Shown here piece by piece: positions 52,434-61,709 of a stretch of DNA of 64,000 nt. The first letter of the stretch is position 1. Every line of letters begins with the position of its first letter. Source of the DNA: Leptolyngbyaceae cyanobacterium (GTDB taxonomy: Bacteria; Cyanobacteriota; Cyanobacteriia; Phormidesmidales; Phormidesmidaceae); NCBI GenBank assembly GCA_965263355.1, contig CBDHHL010000032.1:224001-288000 (forward strand). The letters are read 5' to 3'. A program made the position numbers and the translations under genes. The notes beneath the pieces were generated by a model, which searched no databases, was not told the DNA's origin, and was given only the letters and a program-made list of their open reading frames with translations.

Positions 52434-52546
52434 GTACAAGTGTTCGGCACTTGAGTACAAGTGTTCGGCACTTGAGTACAAGTGTTCGGCACTTGAGTAC
52501 AAGTGTTCGGCACTTGAGTACAAGTGTTCGGCACTTGAGTACAAGT
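52417..52546. repeat. Perfect 21-bp tandem repeat, 6.2 copies
   Basis: (AAGTGTTCGGCACTTGAGTAC)x6 plus AAGT; the first unit supplies the SBP stop codon. Confidence 0.97.
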
Positions 52547-52565
52547 AATTGTCAGTTGTTGCCCC

Positions 52566-53387
52566 ATGTCCCAATCCCCTGTCCAATCATCGGTTGGTTC
52601 CCTTGCGTGTCACTCTCAGCTGGAGGCTCCTCTGGCTGAGGTTATCTCCCTGGATGGCGTATCCTTTGGCTACAGTCGCAAACGTCTGGTGTTGCAAGAC
52701 TTATACCTGACGATCCGACAGGGAGAATTTTTAACCTTGTTGGGACCATCCGGATGTGGTAAATCAACGATTTTGAACCTGATTGCAGGATTTTACAAAC
52801 CTCTTTTGGGTACCGTCACCCATGGAGGAGAAGAGATTAAAGGCCCTTCTGCCAGACGAGGGGTGGTGTTTCAAAGTAATGCCCTGTTTGATTGGATGAC
52901 GGTTGAACAAAATATTGGTTTTGGGTTTCGGTTTCAATCACTGTCGAAGTATGAGAAACAGAAGCGAGTGGAAACCATTATTGGCTTGGTTGGGTTACGG
53001 GGCAATGAACGCAAATATCCATACCAACTGTCGGGAGGAATGCGGCAGCGGGTGGCGGTGGCTCGGTCAATGGTGGTGCAGCCAGAGATTTTGTTGATGG
53101 ATGAACCCTTTGCGGCGGTTGATGTTCAAACCCGTGAGGGGTTACAGGAAGAATTGTTAAAGCTGCACGAGCAAGTGGCTGGGGCCATTTTGTTTGTTAC
53201 CCACAGTATTGAGGAGGCGGTATTTTTGAGCGATCGCATTGTAATTTTGGATCGCAACCTAGGGGGAATTGCCCACGATATTGAGATTCGCCTACCTGAA
53301 CCTCGTTACACGGCCATGAATCGAGTTTCAGATGAATTTAATCAATATCGGACAGATCTCTATTTAAAAATGAAGGCAATTGAGTAA
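52566..53387 (+). CDS. NitT/TauT-type ABC ATPase
   Basis: GPSGCGKST, LSGGMRQR, MDEPFAA and VTHSIEEAVFL. Confidence 0.93.
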   Translation: MSQSPVQSSVGSLACHSQLEAPLAEVISLDGVSFGYSRKRLVLQDLYLTIRQGEFLTLLGPSGCGKSTILNLIAGFYKPLLGTVTHGGEEIKGPSARRGVVFQSNALFDWMTVEQNIGFGFRFQSLSKYEKQKRVETIIGLVGLRGNERKYPYQLSGGMRQRVAVARSMVVQPEILLMDEPFAAVDVQTREGLQEELLKLHEQVAGAILFVTHSIEEAVFLSDRIVILDRNLGGIAHDIEIRLPEPRYTAMNRVSDEFNQYRTDLYLKMKAIE

Positions 53388-54231
53388 TGAGCCAATGCAA
53401 TTAAAAATGTCTAAACAAGATGGCATTCCTGTCTTTAAGGGGCAAGACTTGCAAACCCAGGCATTGCGAGAGAAGGTGCTGGTGTTTTGTGTTGCGATCG
53501 CAATTCCCTCCTTCATCCTCATCATCTGGGAACTCACTACGCGCATGGGCTGGATTGACGAACTCTTTCTTCCTAGCCTATCGGGCATTGTCACCGAGTT
53601 CTTAGCCATGATCCGCAAAGGTTATGCAGGTACTCCTTTACTAAGCCATGTTCTGGGCAGCCTGAGGCGGGTGTTCACCGCCTTTGGCATTGGTACCGTT
53701 GTAGGCATCCTGCTAGGTTTGTTGATGGGGTATTACAAGTATGTGCGTGCCGCCTTTTATGTGGTGACTGAAATCCTGCGCCCCATTCCTCCTCTGGCGT
53801 TTATTACCCTGTTTATCCTTTGGTTTGGGATTGGCGAAGTCTCCAAGGTGTTGATCATTCTCTATGCCGGGGCATTAATTGTGATGCTCAACACGATGGC
53901 GGGGGTCCAGTCTTGCCCCAAGGATAAAATTTTAGCGGCCCAGACGTTGGGAGCCAATGACCTGGCCATTTTTCTATATGTGATCTTGCCTGCAGCTTTA
54001 CCTAGCATCTTTACTGGTATGCGAGTAGCTTTGTCTGTTGACTTTGGCATCCTGGTTGCGGCTGAGTTGTTAGCAGGAGATTTGGGTATAGGCTATATCA
54101 TTCAAGATGCCAGCACCTTTTTTAATGTAGAAGGCTTGTTTGTCGGCATTTTAATGATTGGCTTTTTTGGTGTGCTGTCTGATTTTGTCCTCAGGCTAAT
54201 TTCCTCACGCGTTGTTCATTGGCAGGGGTGA
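53380..54231 (+). CDS. NitT/TauT-type ABC permease
   Basis: LRPIPPLA...LWFGIGE.SK, AAQTLGA, LPAALPSIFTGMR. Confidence 0.92.
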   Translation: MSNEPMQLKMSKQDGIPVFKGQDLQTQALREKVLVFCVAIAIPSFILIIWELTTRMGWIDELFLPSLSGIVTEFLAMIRKGYAGTPLLSHVLGSLRRVFTAFGIGTVVGILLGLLMGYYKYVRAAFYVVTEILRPIPPLAFITLFILWFGIGEVSKVLIILYAGALIVMLNTMAGVQSCPKDKILAAQTLGANDLAIFLYVILPAALPSIFTGMRVALSVDFGILVAAELLAGDLGIGYIIQDASTFFNVEGLFVGILMIGFFGVLSDFVLRLISSRVVHWQG

Positions 54232-54329
54232 TTTTTTAGCGAGGAATAAGCGACAAGTAACGAGTCAGATCTTATCTCTTAATTCTTTACTGCTTGTATT
54301 GTGAACCATTTGTTTTAGGAGTGCATTCA

Positions 54330-55631
54330 ATGTTAGAAACTCTCACTGCTCAATCGGAACTTACAGACCTACAAAACCAAATACTGGCTGGAATCACCCA
54401 AGAGAAATGTGTTCAGCTGATCAAAGATCTGGTTCCCACTGGACAGCCAGGCTGTGGCAACTCCATCGATCCAGAAGCACCCATGGCCCACGAAGAAGAC
54501 ATTTCTAAACAGGTGGGACAACATCTGCAGTCCTTGGGGTTAGACGTGGAATGGGTAGCCGCCATCGAAGGCCGTCCCAATGTAGTAGGGCGTTGGAATG
54601 ATGGACGCCCTGGCCCGTCGCTTATCTTTAACGATCATCTTGATACTTACCCCTCCTGTGATCCAGCGGAGTGGCATATGTCGGGCCATAACCCCTATAA
54701 CGCCACCCTACAAGGTAAATATCTTTATGGTCGAGGTACGTCTGATACCCGTGGCAATATGACCTGTCAGCTAATTGCCATTGAGATGTTACGTCAGGCA
54801 GGGGTAAAAATTAATGGTGAGCTAATTTGTGCTTATACCGTGGATGAAGAGCGCCATGGTAAAGCAGGGGCATTACACTTGTTGAATGACTATGGCCTGA
54901 CTGCCGATTATGAGATTACGGCTGAGCCCACCTCCTGGACCGATGGTGATGATTGGGGCATTGGCATCGCCCTGGCCCATTCAGGATTGTGTTTGGTGGA
55001 TATCGAAACCACAGGTGTCAGATCTCACATCTGGCGACCCGATGAAGGGGTCAATCCTGTCTTGCATATGGCTCAACTAATCGAGAGATTGCGCAACACC
55101 CCATTTACCCACACAGCACCGCAAATTTATGGCCCCACTCAACCCAGTATTTGCCCGGTCAAGATTGAAGCGGGCAAAATTGGCGAAGGACAGTTTACCC
55201 CCCCTGCCTGTAAGGCCAGGGTGTGGGTAATTGGTTTGGTGCCTGGCATGACCTATGAGTCAATTGTACAGGATATGGAGAAGGTGATTTCCCAGTTACA
55301 GACAGAGGACCCCACCTTCCAGGCTACAGTGACTAAGGTAGAGGGAGAAACCTTTGTGCCTGCGTCCATAGAAGTATCTGAAGATGCGGAACATGTACAG
55401 GCACTCTCAAGGGCATATCAGAAGATTTTGGGCAAAGATCCAGTGCTTTATCGTAAGAATGCTTACTGTGATACGCTGCGTTTTTCCCACAGTGGAATTC
55501 CGTCGATTACGTTTGGTCCGGGTGAGGATGGTTGGCCTCCCGTAAATGAATTTATCGATATGGAAAAGGTGGTGGCAGCAACGAAGATCTATGCGTTGTT
55601 TTTGTTGGACTTTTTCAAGGTGGAGGGGTAG
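54330..55631 (+). CDS. M20-family (ArgE/DapE-like) metallohydrolase, atypical
   Basis: RPNVVG, NDHLDT, YGRGTSDTRG, VDEE, AEPT and FGPG motifs; AGGAG RBS before ATG 54330. Confidence 0.85.
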   Translation: MLETLTAQSELTDLQNQILAGITQEKCVQLIKDLVPTGQPGCGNSIDPEAPMAHEEDISKQVGQHLQSLGLDVEWVAAIEGRPNVVGRWNDGRPGPSLIFNDHLDTYPSCDPAEWHMSGHNPYNATLQGKYLYGRGTSDTRGNMTCQLIAIEMLRQAGVKINGELICAYTVDEERHGKAGALHLLNDYGLTADYEITAEPTSWTDGDDWGIGIALAHSGLCLVDIETTGVRSHIWRPDEGVNPVLHMAQLIERLRNTPFTHTAPQIYGPTQPSICPVKIEAGKIGEGQFTPPACKARVWVIGLVPGMTYESIVQDMEKVISQLQTEDPTFQATVTKVEGETFVPASIEVSEDAEHVQALSRAYQKILGKDPVLYRKNAYCDTLRFSHSGIPSITFGPGEDGWPPVNEFIDMEKVVAATKIYALFLLDFFKVEG

Positions 55632-55752
55632 TAGATAAATAGCCTAACGTATATTGCAGGGCAGGCACAAGGCACAGCCCCTACAGCACAACCTATCTCA
55701 CACATGCCCTGGCTTGGCTGGGGTATTTTCTTTTTGGGTATCTCTTTAAATC

Positions 55753-56421
55753 ATGCACACTCATCAACTTACGGTTTCAGCCAAACCTTACCCGTTAACC
55801 TTAACGCTAGAACACACGGCGTTACTGGTTATTGATATGCAAAATGATTTTTGTACTCCTGGTGGTTGGGCAGACCGAAAGGGATTTGATATAACTCAAA
55901 CTCAGAAGCCAATTCAACCCTTAACACAATTGCTTGAGGCGTTGCGTGAGACACCAGTTACGATTATCCATACACGGGAAGGACATCGCCCTGATTTGAG
56001 TGACTGCCCCCCCCATAAGTTAGCTCGCTCAAAAAATCAAAATGCCGAGATTGGTAGTGAGGGGATAATGGGACGATTATTGACCCGAGGGTCTAAAAGC
56101 CATGATTTTGTGGATGCACTGCAACCGGTAGGCGGGGAGATTGTGTTGGACAAACCTGGCAAAGGGGCTTTTGTGGCGACAGATCTAGATTTGATTTTAC
56201 GGCAGCGAGGGATTCGGCAGTTGTTGTTGACAGGAGTGACAACAGAATGTTGCGTGCATACGACACTACGCACAGCTAACGATTTGGGCTATGAATGTTT
56301 GTTGTTAGAGGATTGCTGCGCATCGTTAGTGCCAGAATTTCATCGGGTATCAGTGGAGATGGCGCAGGTGATTTTTGGTTGGGTAACAACGTCTAAGCAA
56401 TTATTTGCGGCGAAAATTTAG
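55753..56421 (+). CDS. Divergent BiuH/TrtA-family cysteine hydrolase, substrate unknown
   Basis: [34 protein letters not shown] and TTECCVHTT retain the D-K-C triad. Confidence 0.85.
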   Translation: MHTHQLTVSAKPYPLTLTLEHTALLVIDMQNDFCTPGGWADRKGFDITQTQKPIQPLTQLLEALRETPVTIIHTREGHRPDLSDCPPHKLARSKNQNAEIGSEGIMGRLLTRGSKSHDFVDALQPVGGEIVLDKPGKGAFVATDLDLILRQRGIRQLLLTGVTTECCVHTTLRTANDLGYECLLLEDCCASLVPEFHRVSVEMAQVIFGWVTTSKQLFAAKI

Positions 56422-56758
56422 GACTTGCATAGTTATTTTGTGCTGTACTGATATACAAGTAACATTGGCTTTATGTAGTAAATAAATAGGGTCAAAATCA
56501 TTGAGAATACTGACGGTACGCAACTCCATCGATACAACACCTGCAGTGGTAATACCTGAAATATTATTTATAGTCATATAGTTATATTGCTAATCAATTT
56601 ATTCTCGCCGTAAGAACTGCTTAAATAAAGGAATACCTTGGTTTAAGCCAAAGCAACGATCAAAGAGTTGGAATCTAGAGGAACAGTTACATCACATTAT
56701 TCTTGATTGGGATGCGCCATAATTAGGAAGTAGCTTAATTGACATTTACTCAACTTTA

Positions 56759-56899
56759 ATGCAGTTCGAATGGGACGAAGCCAAGAACCTTGAAAATATT
56801 CGCAAACATCAAATTGATTTCGTCGATGTCCCTGAAATGTTTGAAAGTTCAATATTACGTCAATATATAGAGAACAATAGCAATCGGCAAACTGGCTAA
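56759..56899 (+). pseudogene. Truncated BrnT-family toxin
   Basis: MQFEWDEAKNLENIRKHQIDFVDVPEMFE (BrnT N-terminal signature), then unrelated sequence and a stop after 46 aa. Confidence 0.75.
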
Positions 56900-57189
56900 C
56901 ACTGAATTGAAACGGCGGAGCATAAGTAATTGAATGCCATTCAAAATTACTGCCGCCGTTAAACTTCATCGATGGAACAACAGTATAGGCTATGGTGTAA
57001 AACTCTTCTATATTGCGTTAGGAAAATAAATCGCAAGTTAGCAAGCTTTAGGGTGAGCCCTCTGCTTCAACGTCTAACGTCATAACTAGGATCGTTAAAA
57101 TTGGTAATTCTTAAGGCACTTTTGTCGATTTATAAGTAGGTAGGCAAAATAACTTACACAAGAACTTTTCAAGGATGACACTTTTGAAA

Positions 57190-57258
57190 AGTCCCCCAAC
57201 CCCCAACTCTGGGGGCTTCGGAACTCAAAGTCCCCCAGAGTTGGGGGATTTAGGGGGC
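57190..57258. repeat. Small dispersed palindromic repeat (SDR-like), two partial units
   Basis: CCCCCAACTCTGGGGG and GTCCCCCAGAGTTGGGGGATTTAGGGGGC; matches 6401-6438 in reverse complement. Confidence 0.8.
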
Positions 57259-57284
57259 TTCCAGGATTTTGAAATTAATTGTGC

Positions 57285-58382
57285 TCATCTACTTAAAGAC
57301 GTAGTTGACTGATATAACCTCGGTGAGAACGTATTATTTAATCCTAGAGCAATGGCCCCAAACACCTTTGAAAGGGGTGCCTGATCATTTGCCAGAGGCA
57401 ATGGTTGCCCCGCATCACCTTGCTGACAAATCTGTGGGTCAATCGGCACTTGCCCCAACAGGGGAACTGTCAATTCCTGGGCCATTTGTTCCCCGCCACC
57501 ACTGCCAAAAATGGAGGTGCGCTCCCCACAACAACCGCAGATCAAATAGCTCATATTTTCCACCAGACCCAGCACCGGCACCCCCACCTGACGAAACATA
57601 TGAATACTACGGCGCACATCTGAAACTGCCACCTGCTGCGGTGTTGTTACCATGACTACACCACAAATGGGACTCTCTTGAATAATGGTAATCTGGGCAT
57701 CCCCTGTACCGGGGGGTAAGTCAATCAAGAGATAGTCCAGTTCACCCCAATCCACATCCTGAATAAACTGGGTAATAATCTTATGGAGCACGGGACCACG
57801 CCAGGCCAATGGATGCTCTGGCTCTGCCAATAGGCCCACTGACATGACCTTAATGCCATGGGCTTCTAGTGGCTTAAATCGTTGACCGTCGGGCGTATCA
57901 ATTACCTCTATAGCAGTTTGAGCCAGTCCCAACATCTGTGGCACGTTGGGACCATAGATATCCGCATCCAACAACCCTACTCTAGCGCCCGTTTTGGTCA
58001 ATGCTGCCGCCAGGTTCACAGCCGTGGTGGATTTTCCGACGCCTCCTTTACCACTGGATACTGCCAAAGTAGTCCGCACACCTGAAATTGTACATACCTG
58101 GATATAGGCCTTCTGACACCAGTCTAAATCTCCCAAGGCCAACTGAGTCTGATCCTTAAGATCTTTTTGATGAGAGCCAATATACAGCTTTAGATACACA
58201 TAGTTATCCACCACCCGCAGGTTCCTCACCATGCCTAATTCAACAATATTGTTGTTAAGGGTGGGTTCAATTACCTGTTTTAAGCAGTAAATAGCAGCTT
58301 GCTTACGAGCAGCCACTATGGGATTAGCAGGGACGGCATCGGCTGTTGGGCGATGACTAAAGGGAGAATCGTGGTTAGGCAT
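57285..58382 (-). CDS. mrp: Mrp/NBP35 (ApbC) Fe-S cluster carrier ATPase with N-terminal DUF59
   Basis: NIVELGMV (DUF59), SSGKGGVGKST, DADIYGP, DLPPGTGD and ENMSY..CxCC. Confidence 0.92.
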   Translation of the reverse strand: MPNHDSPFSHRPTADAVPANPIVAARKQAAIYCLKQVIEPTLNNNIVELGMVRNLRVVDNYVYLKLYIGSHQKDLKDQTQLALGDLDWCQKAYIQVCTISGVRTTLAVSSGKGGVGKSTTAVNLAAALTKTGARVGLLDADIYGPNVPQMLGLAQTAIEVIDTPDGQRFKPLEAHGIKVMSVGLLAEPEHPLAWRGPVLHKIITQFIQDVDWGELDYLLIDLPPGTGDAQITIIQESPICGVVMVTTPQQVAVSDVRRSIHMFRQVGVPVLGLVENMSYLICGCCGERTSIFGSGGGEQMAQELTVPLLGQVPIDPQICQQGDAGQPLPLANDQAPLSKVFGAIALGLNNTFSPRLYQSTTSLSR

Positions 58383-59355
58383 TGGAGGTTTCTGTCAGCT
58401 GGTCCTGAATTTTTTGAATGGCCCGTTGTGAGAAAATTTGCACATCTCTGTCTGGGTCATCCAGGGTTTGTTGTAATGCTGGCAAGACTTCAGGGTTACC
58501 CAAATTCCCCAGGGCAATGGCCGCATCCCGTCGTACGTCCGAATATTCATCGGACAGGGCCTTAATCAAATTGGGAATAGCTTGATTATTGGCTACTTTC
58601 TGCAGGGCACGGGCCGTAAATTTTCGCACCTGCCAATGGTTGTCTTCTATCGCCTGGATCAGGGCTGGAATAGCGGCGTCGGTGGCGTGTAAATCGAGGG
58701 ATTGGGCGGCATTACGACGAACCTGCCAGTCGGGGTCGTTGGCGATCGCATCGCACAACATCGGCACCACCTGAGCATCACTTAGATAGCCCAGGGTCAA
58801 AATTGCCGAGCGTCGCACATCATCATTGGTATCTTTGGCCAACGGTAAGGCCGGCTCACATCGCACCACCTGATTCAAATACCGCAATGTAACAACTGCC
58901 GCTTCGCGCAAAGCTGGCTTCTCCGACTCGAAGAAGGGCAACACGTAGGGCAGCGCCTGGGCATCATGAATCTTCCGCAACAGAATCAACACATTCAGCT
59001 GCATCTGCTGATCATCTATCTGAATGGCATCTAACAACTTGAGCAAGTCATCGGGAGCCACCAACTCCTTTAAAGCTGACAGGGCCTCTTCACGGACATC
59101 CGGTTCATGGTTAGACCCCAAACAGTCTAATAGGGCAGGCACCGCCACCGGATTTGCCATTTCCCAAAGGGCCGTGACTGCAATTTCCTGTACCCTGGCA
59201 CTCTCATCATTTAGACATTGAATCAGGGCATCAATGGCGTCTTCATCGCCTAAATGTTGTAGGGATTTAGCCGCGACTAGACGATCGTTAAGGTCTTGCG
59301 ATCGCAACATTTCCACCCACTGCACTAATTCGGGATCAAGGTCAGTATGGGCCAT
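58375..59355 (-). CDS. HEAT-repeat (PBS lyase-like) protein
   Basis: Repeated D..W/D.VR..AA.AL units. Confidence 0.9.
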   Translation of the reverse strand: MAHTDLDPELVQWVEMLRSQDLNDRLVAAKSLQHLGDEDAIDALIQCLNDESARVQEIAVTALWEMANPVAVPALLDCLGSNHEPDVREEALSALKELVAPDDLLKLLDAIQIDDQQMQLNVLILLRKIHDAQALPYVLPFFESEKPALREAAVVTLRYLNQVVRCEPALPLAKDTNDDVRRSAILTLGYLSDAQVVPMLCDAIANDPDWQVRRNAAQSLDLHATDAAIPALIQAIEDNHWQVRKFTARALQKVANNQAIPNLIKALSDEYSDVRRDAAIALGNLGNPEVLPALQQTLDDPDRDVQIFSQRAIQKIQDQLTETSNA

Positions 59356-59369
59356 GGTGAGTCTTCTCC

Positions 59370-59597
59370 CTAACGCAACAGAAACGGAATCTGGACAGTA
59401 ATCGCATTGGTGGGGCATTCCTTTTCACAGGGTAGACAAAACCAACACTCGTCATATTTCATGTAGGCCTTACCGGTCTCTGGATTTTTCACCAATACAT
59501 CCAAGGGACAAACTTCAATACAAGCTTTACATTTTTCGAGACATTTAGATTCGTCCACGATCACGGGAACATCTACACGTTGGGTCGCTAAAGCCAT
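59370..59597 (-). CDS. 4Fe-4S ferredoxin (AsfB/AprB-like)
   Basis: CLEKCKACIEVCP and CWFCLPCEKECP. Confidence 0.92.
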   Translation of the reverse strand: MALATQRVDVPVIVDESKCLEKCKACIEVCPLDVLVKNPETGKAYMKYDECWFCLPCEKECPTNAITVQIPFLLR

Positions 59598-59632
59598 AGA
59601 TCGGTTTCTCAGGTAAAAAACAGGTATTTGTC

Positions 59633-59662
59633 TGTAGAGTCGTTCCATGGAATGACTCTACA
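59633..59662. repeat. GTAG-type REP hairpin
   Basis: TGTAGAGTCGTTCCATGGAATGACTCTACA is a near-perfect palindrome. Confidence 0.75.
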
Positions 59663-59697
59663 AGCGATATTTTGGATCCTATAAAACTCCTTGCCCC

Positions 59698-61401
59698 TCA
59701 TCGCACCGCCACATCATAAACTTCCTGTTGCAGATCCACCTCCACAATATACGGATCAACCGGACGCTTAAACATCTCCATCGCCCCGGTGTCAGTCTTT
59801 CTTAAATTTGCATGGCAGAACCATTCTGTATCATTCTTCTCAGGATAATCCAGCCGATAGTGATACAGTCCCCAACGGCTCTCCTTGCGGTAAAGAGATG
59901 CCCGTGCCGCCATCTCTGCACAGTCACGGATAAAGTGCACCTCCATACACCGCATTAACTCATGGGCATCCCTGGCTCCCATCAAATCAAGAGTCTCATG
60001 GTAGCGTTCAAAGGCAGCCAGACCAATATCCATCTTGGTCGGAGATTTTGGTGGCTGTAAATAATCATTTACATAGCGTCGCAGCTTATACTCCACCTGA
60101 GTATGGGGAATACCATCTGGTCGATTTAAGGGGGCATAAATCCGGGATTGTTCTGCCGCTAAAAACTCTGGGTCGGGCTCCACATGCTCTAGCCCCTGCA
60201 CGTAGTCCATGGCATTGATGCCCGACAGTCGCCCGGAGACAAAGGCCCCAATCATATAGTTGTGGGGCACACTGGCCATATCGCCAGCGGCATAGAGACC
60301 GGGTACCGTGGTCTCGGCCTTGTCATTGACCCAGACACCAGAAGCACTATGCCCGCTACATAGGCCAATTTCTGAAATGTTCATTTCCACCCCATGGGTG
60401 CGATAATCTTCTCCTCGGCCCTCATGGAAACGTCCCCGACTGGGGCGCTCATTAGACCAGAGAATGGATTCGATTTCAGAAATGGTATCGTCATCCAAAT
60501 GGTACATCTTGAGATGTACGGGACCTTTTCCTGAATTCAACTCTTTCCAGGTTTCCAGCATCATTTGGCCACTCCAATAGTCGCAGCTAATAAAGCGGTT
60601 CCCTTCAGCATTGGCGGTATAGGCCCCAAAGGGGCTGGCCACATAGGCACAGGCGGGGCCGTTATAGTCTTTGATCAGAGGGTTAATCTGAAAACATTCG
60701 ATATTGGTCAGTTCTGCCCCGGCATGGTAGGCCATGGAGTAGCCGTCGCCAGCATTGGTCGGATTCTCATAGGTGCCATAGAGATAGCCTGATGCTGGCA
60801 AACCAAGACGCCCACAGGCTCCAGTACACAGCACAACAGCTTTTGCCTGGATAACGACAAAGTCTCCCTTGCGAACATCAAACCCAACGGCCCCAATCAC
60901 TCGCCCCTCTTTCACCATCACGCGGGTCGCCATCACCCGATTGGTAACCCGTACCTTATGACGTTTTACCTGACGGGAAAGAATCTTTTTAAGGTCTTTT
61001 CCTTCAGGCATAGGTAACACGTATTTACCTACTCGGTGCACTTGTTTCAGGTCATAATTCCCTTCATGGTCTTTTTGAAACTTAACCCCCCAGCTTTCAA
61101 GTTCTTGAATAACCTCAAAGCCCCAGCGACCCGTTTGATAAACGGCTTTTTGGTTCAAAATACCGTCATTGGCGATGGTGATCTCTCTAACATACTGCTC
61201 GGGGGTAGAGTTACCAGGAATGACAGCGGTATTAACGCCGTCCATCCCCATTGCGATCGCACCACTACGACGAATATTCGCTTTCTCCAAAATCAAGACA
61301 TCGGCATCAGGGTTAGCTTGCTTAGCCTTGATACCCGCCATCGTACCAGCGGTGCCTCCACCAATTACCAAAAAATCTGTTTGCAGATGCTGAGTATTCA
61401 C
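59698..61401 (-). CDS. Fumarate reductase/succinate dehydrogenase-like flavoprotein (AsfA/AprA-like)
   Basis: VIGGGTAG, RSGAIAMGMDG.N, GLYAAGD and RKESRWGLYH.R.DYP; GTG start at 61401 with GAGG RBS. Confidence 0.88.
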   Translation of the reverse strand: MNTQHLQTDFLVIGGGTAGTMAGIKAKQANPDADVLILEKANIRRSGAIAMGMDGVNTAVIPGNSTPEQYVREITIANDGILNQKAVYQTGRWGFEVIQELESWGVKFQKDHEGNYDLKQVHRVGKYVLPMPEGKDLKKILSRQVKRHKVRVTNRVMATRVMVKEGRVIGAVGFDVRKGDFVVIQAKAVVLCTGACGRLGLPASGYLYGTYENPTNAGDGYSMAYHAGAELTNIECFQINPLIKDYNGPACAYVASPFGAYTANAEGNRFISCDYWSGQMMLETWKELNSGKGPVHLKMYHLDDDTISEIESILWSNERPSRGRFHEGRGEDYRTHGVEMNISEIGLCSGHSASGVWVNDKAETTVPGLYAAGDMASVPHNYMIGAFVSGRLSGINAMDYVQGLEHVEPDPEFLAAEQSRIYAPLNRPDGIPHTQVEYKLRRYVNDYLQPPKSPTKMDIGLAAFERYHETLDLMGARDAHELMRCMEVHFIRDCAEMAARASLYRKESRWGLYHYRLDYPEKNDTEWFCHANLRKTDTGAMEMFKRPVDPYIVEVDLQQEVYDVAVR

Positions 61402-61666
61402 ACAAAATTCCTCACGTCTACTTGTCATGTTTATTAGGGCATTTAACCCTGGAACCTATGAAGACCGATCACCAGTATTTACTGGAACGCTTTCCCAACT
61501 CGAACCCATAGGTTAAGGATCAAGCATTGCAAAAAACCTATCCTCAACCCAAAAAATCAAAGCGAATTTAATCACTACCGGTAAAATATTGTTCCTCAGA
61601 CATTCCTAGCTAGTTAGGATTGCTACTCCTATCCTAAAAGACTCAGTGATAGCCTCAAGGGCTTTT

Positions 61667-61709
61667 GTATAAGAAATTACGGTTTTTCCATTCATTTCTT
61701 TTATATACT
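61667..61709 (+). promoter_or_regulatory. Candidate NtcA-activated promoter for the LysR-fusion gene
   Basis: GTA-TAAGAAAT-TAC (61667-61680), then 23 nt, then TATACT (61704-61709). Confidence 0.6.

Noticed and set aside
52417..52546. Possible CRISPR array or repeat-encoded peptide (ORFs 52430-52639 and 52362-52586)
   Set aside because: The repeats are contiguous with no spacers and there are no cas genes; the ORFs are by-products of a repeat whose length is a multiple of 3.
59698..61401. True sdhA/frdA or dissimilatory aprA
   Set aside because: No SdhB/membrane anchor or sat/qmo context; the partner genes are a small ferredoxin, a HEAT protein and Mrp.
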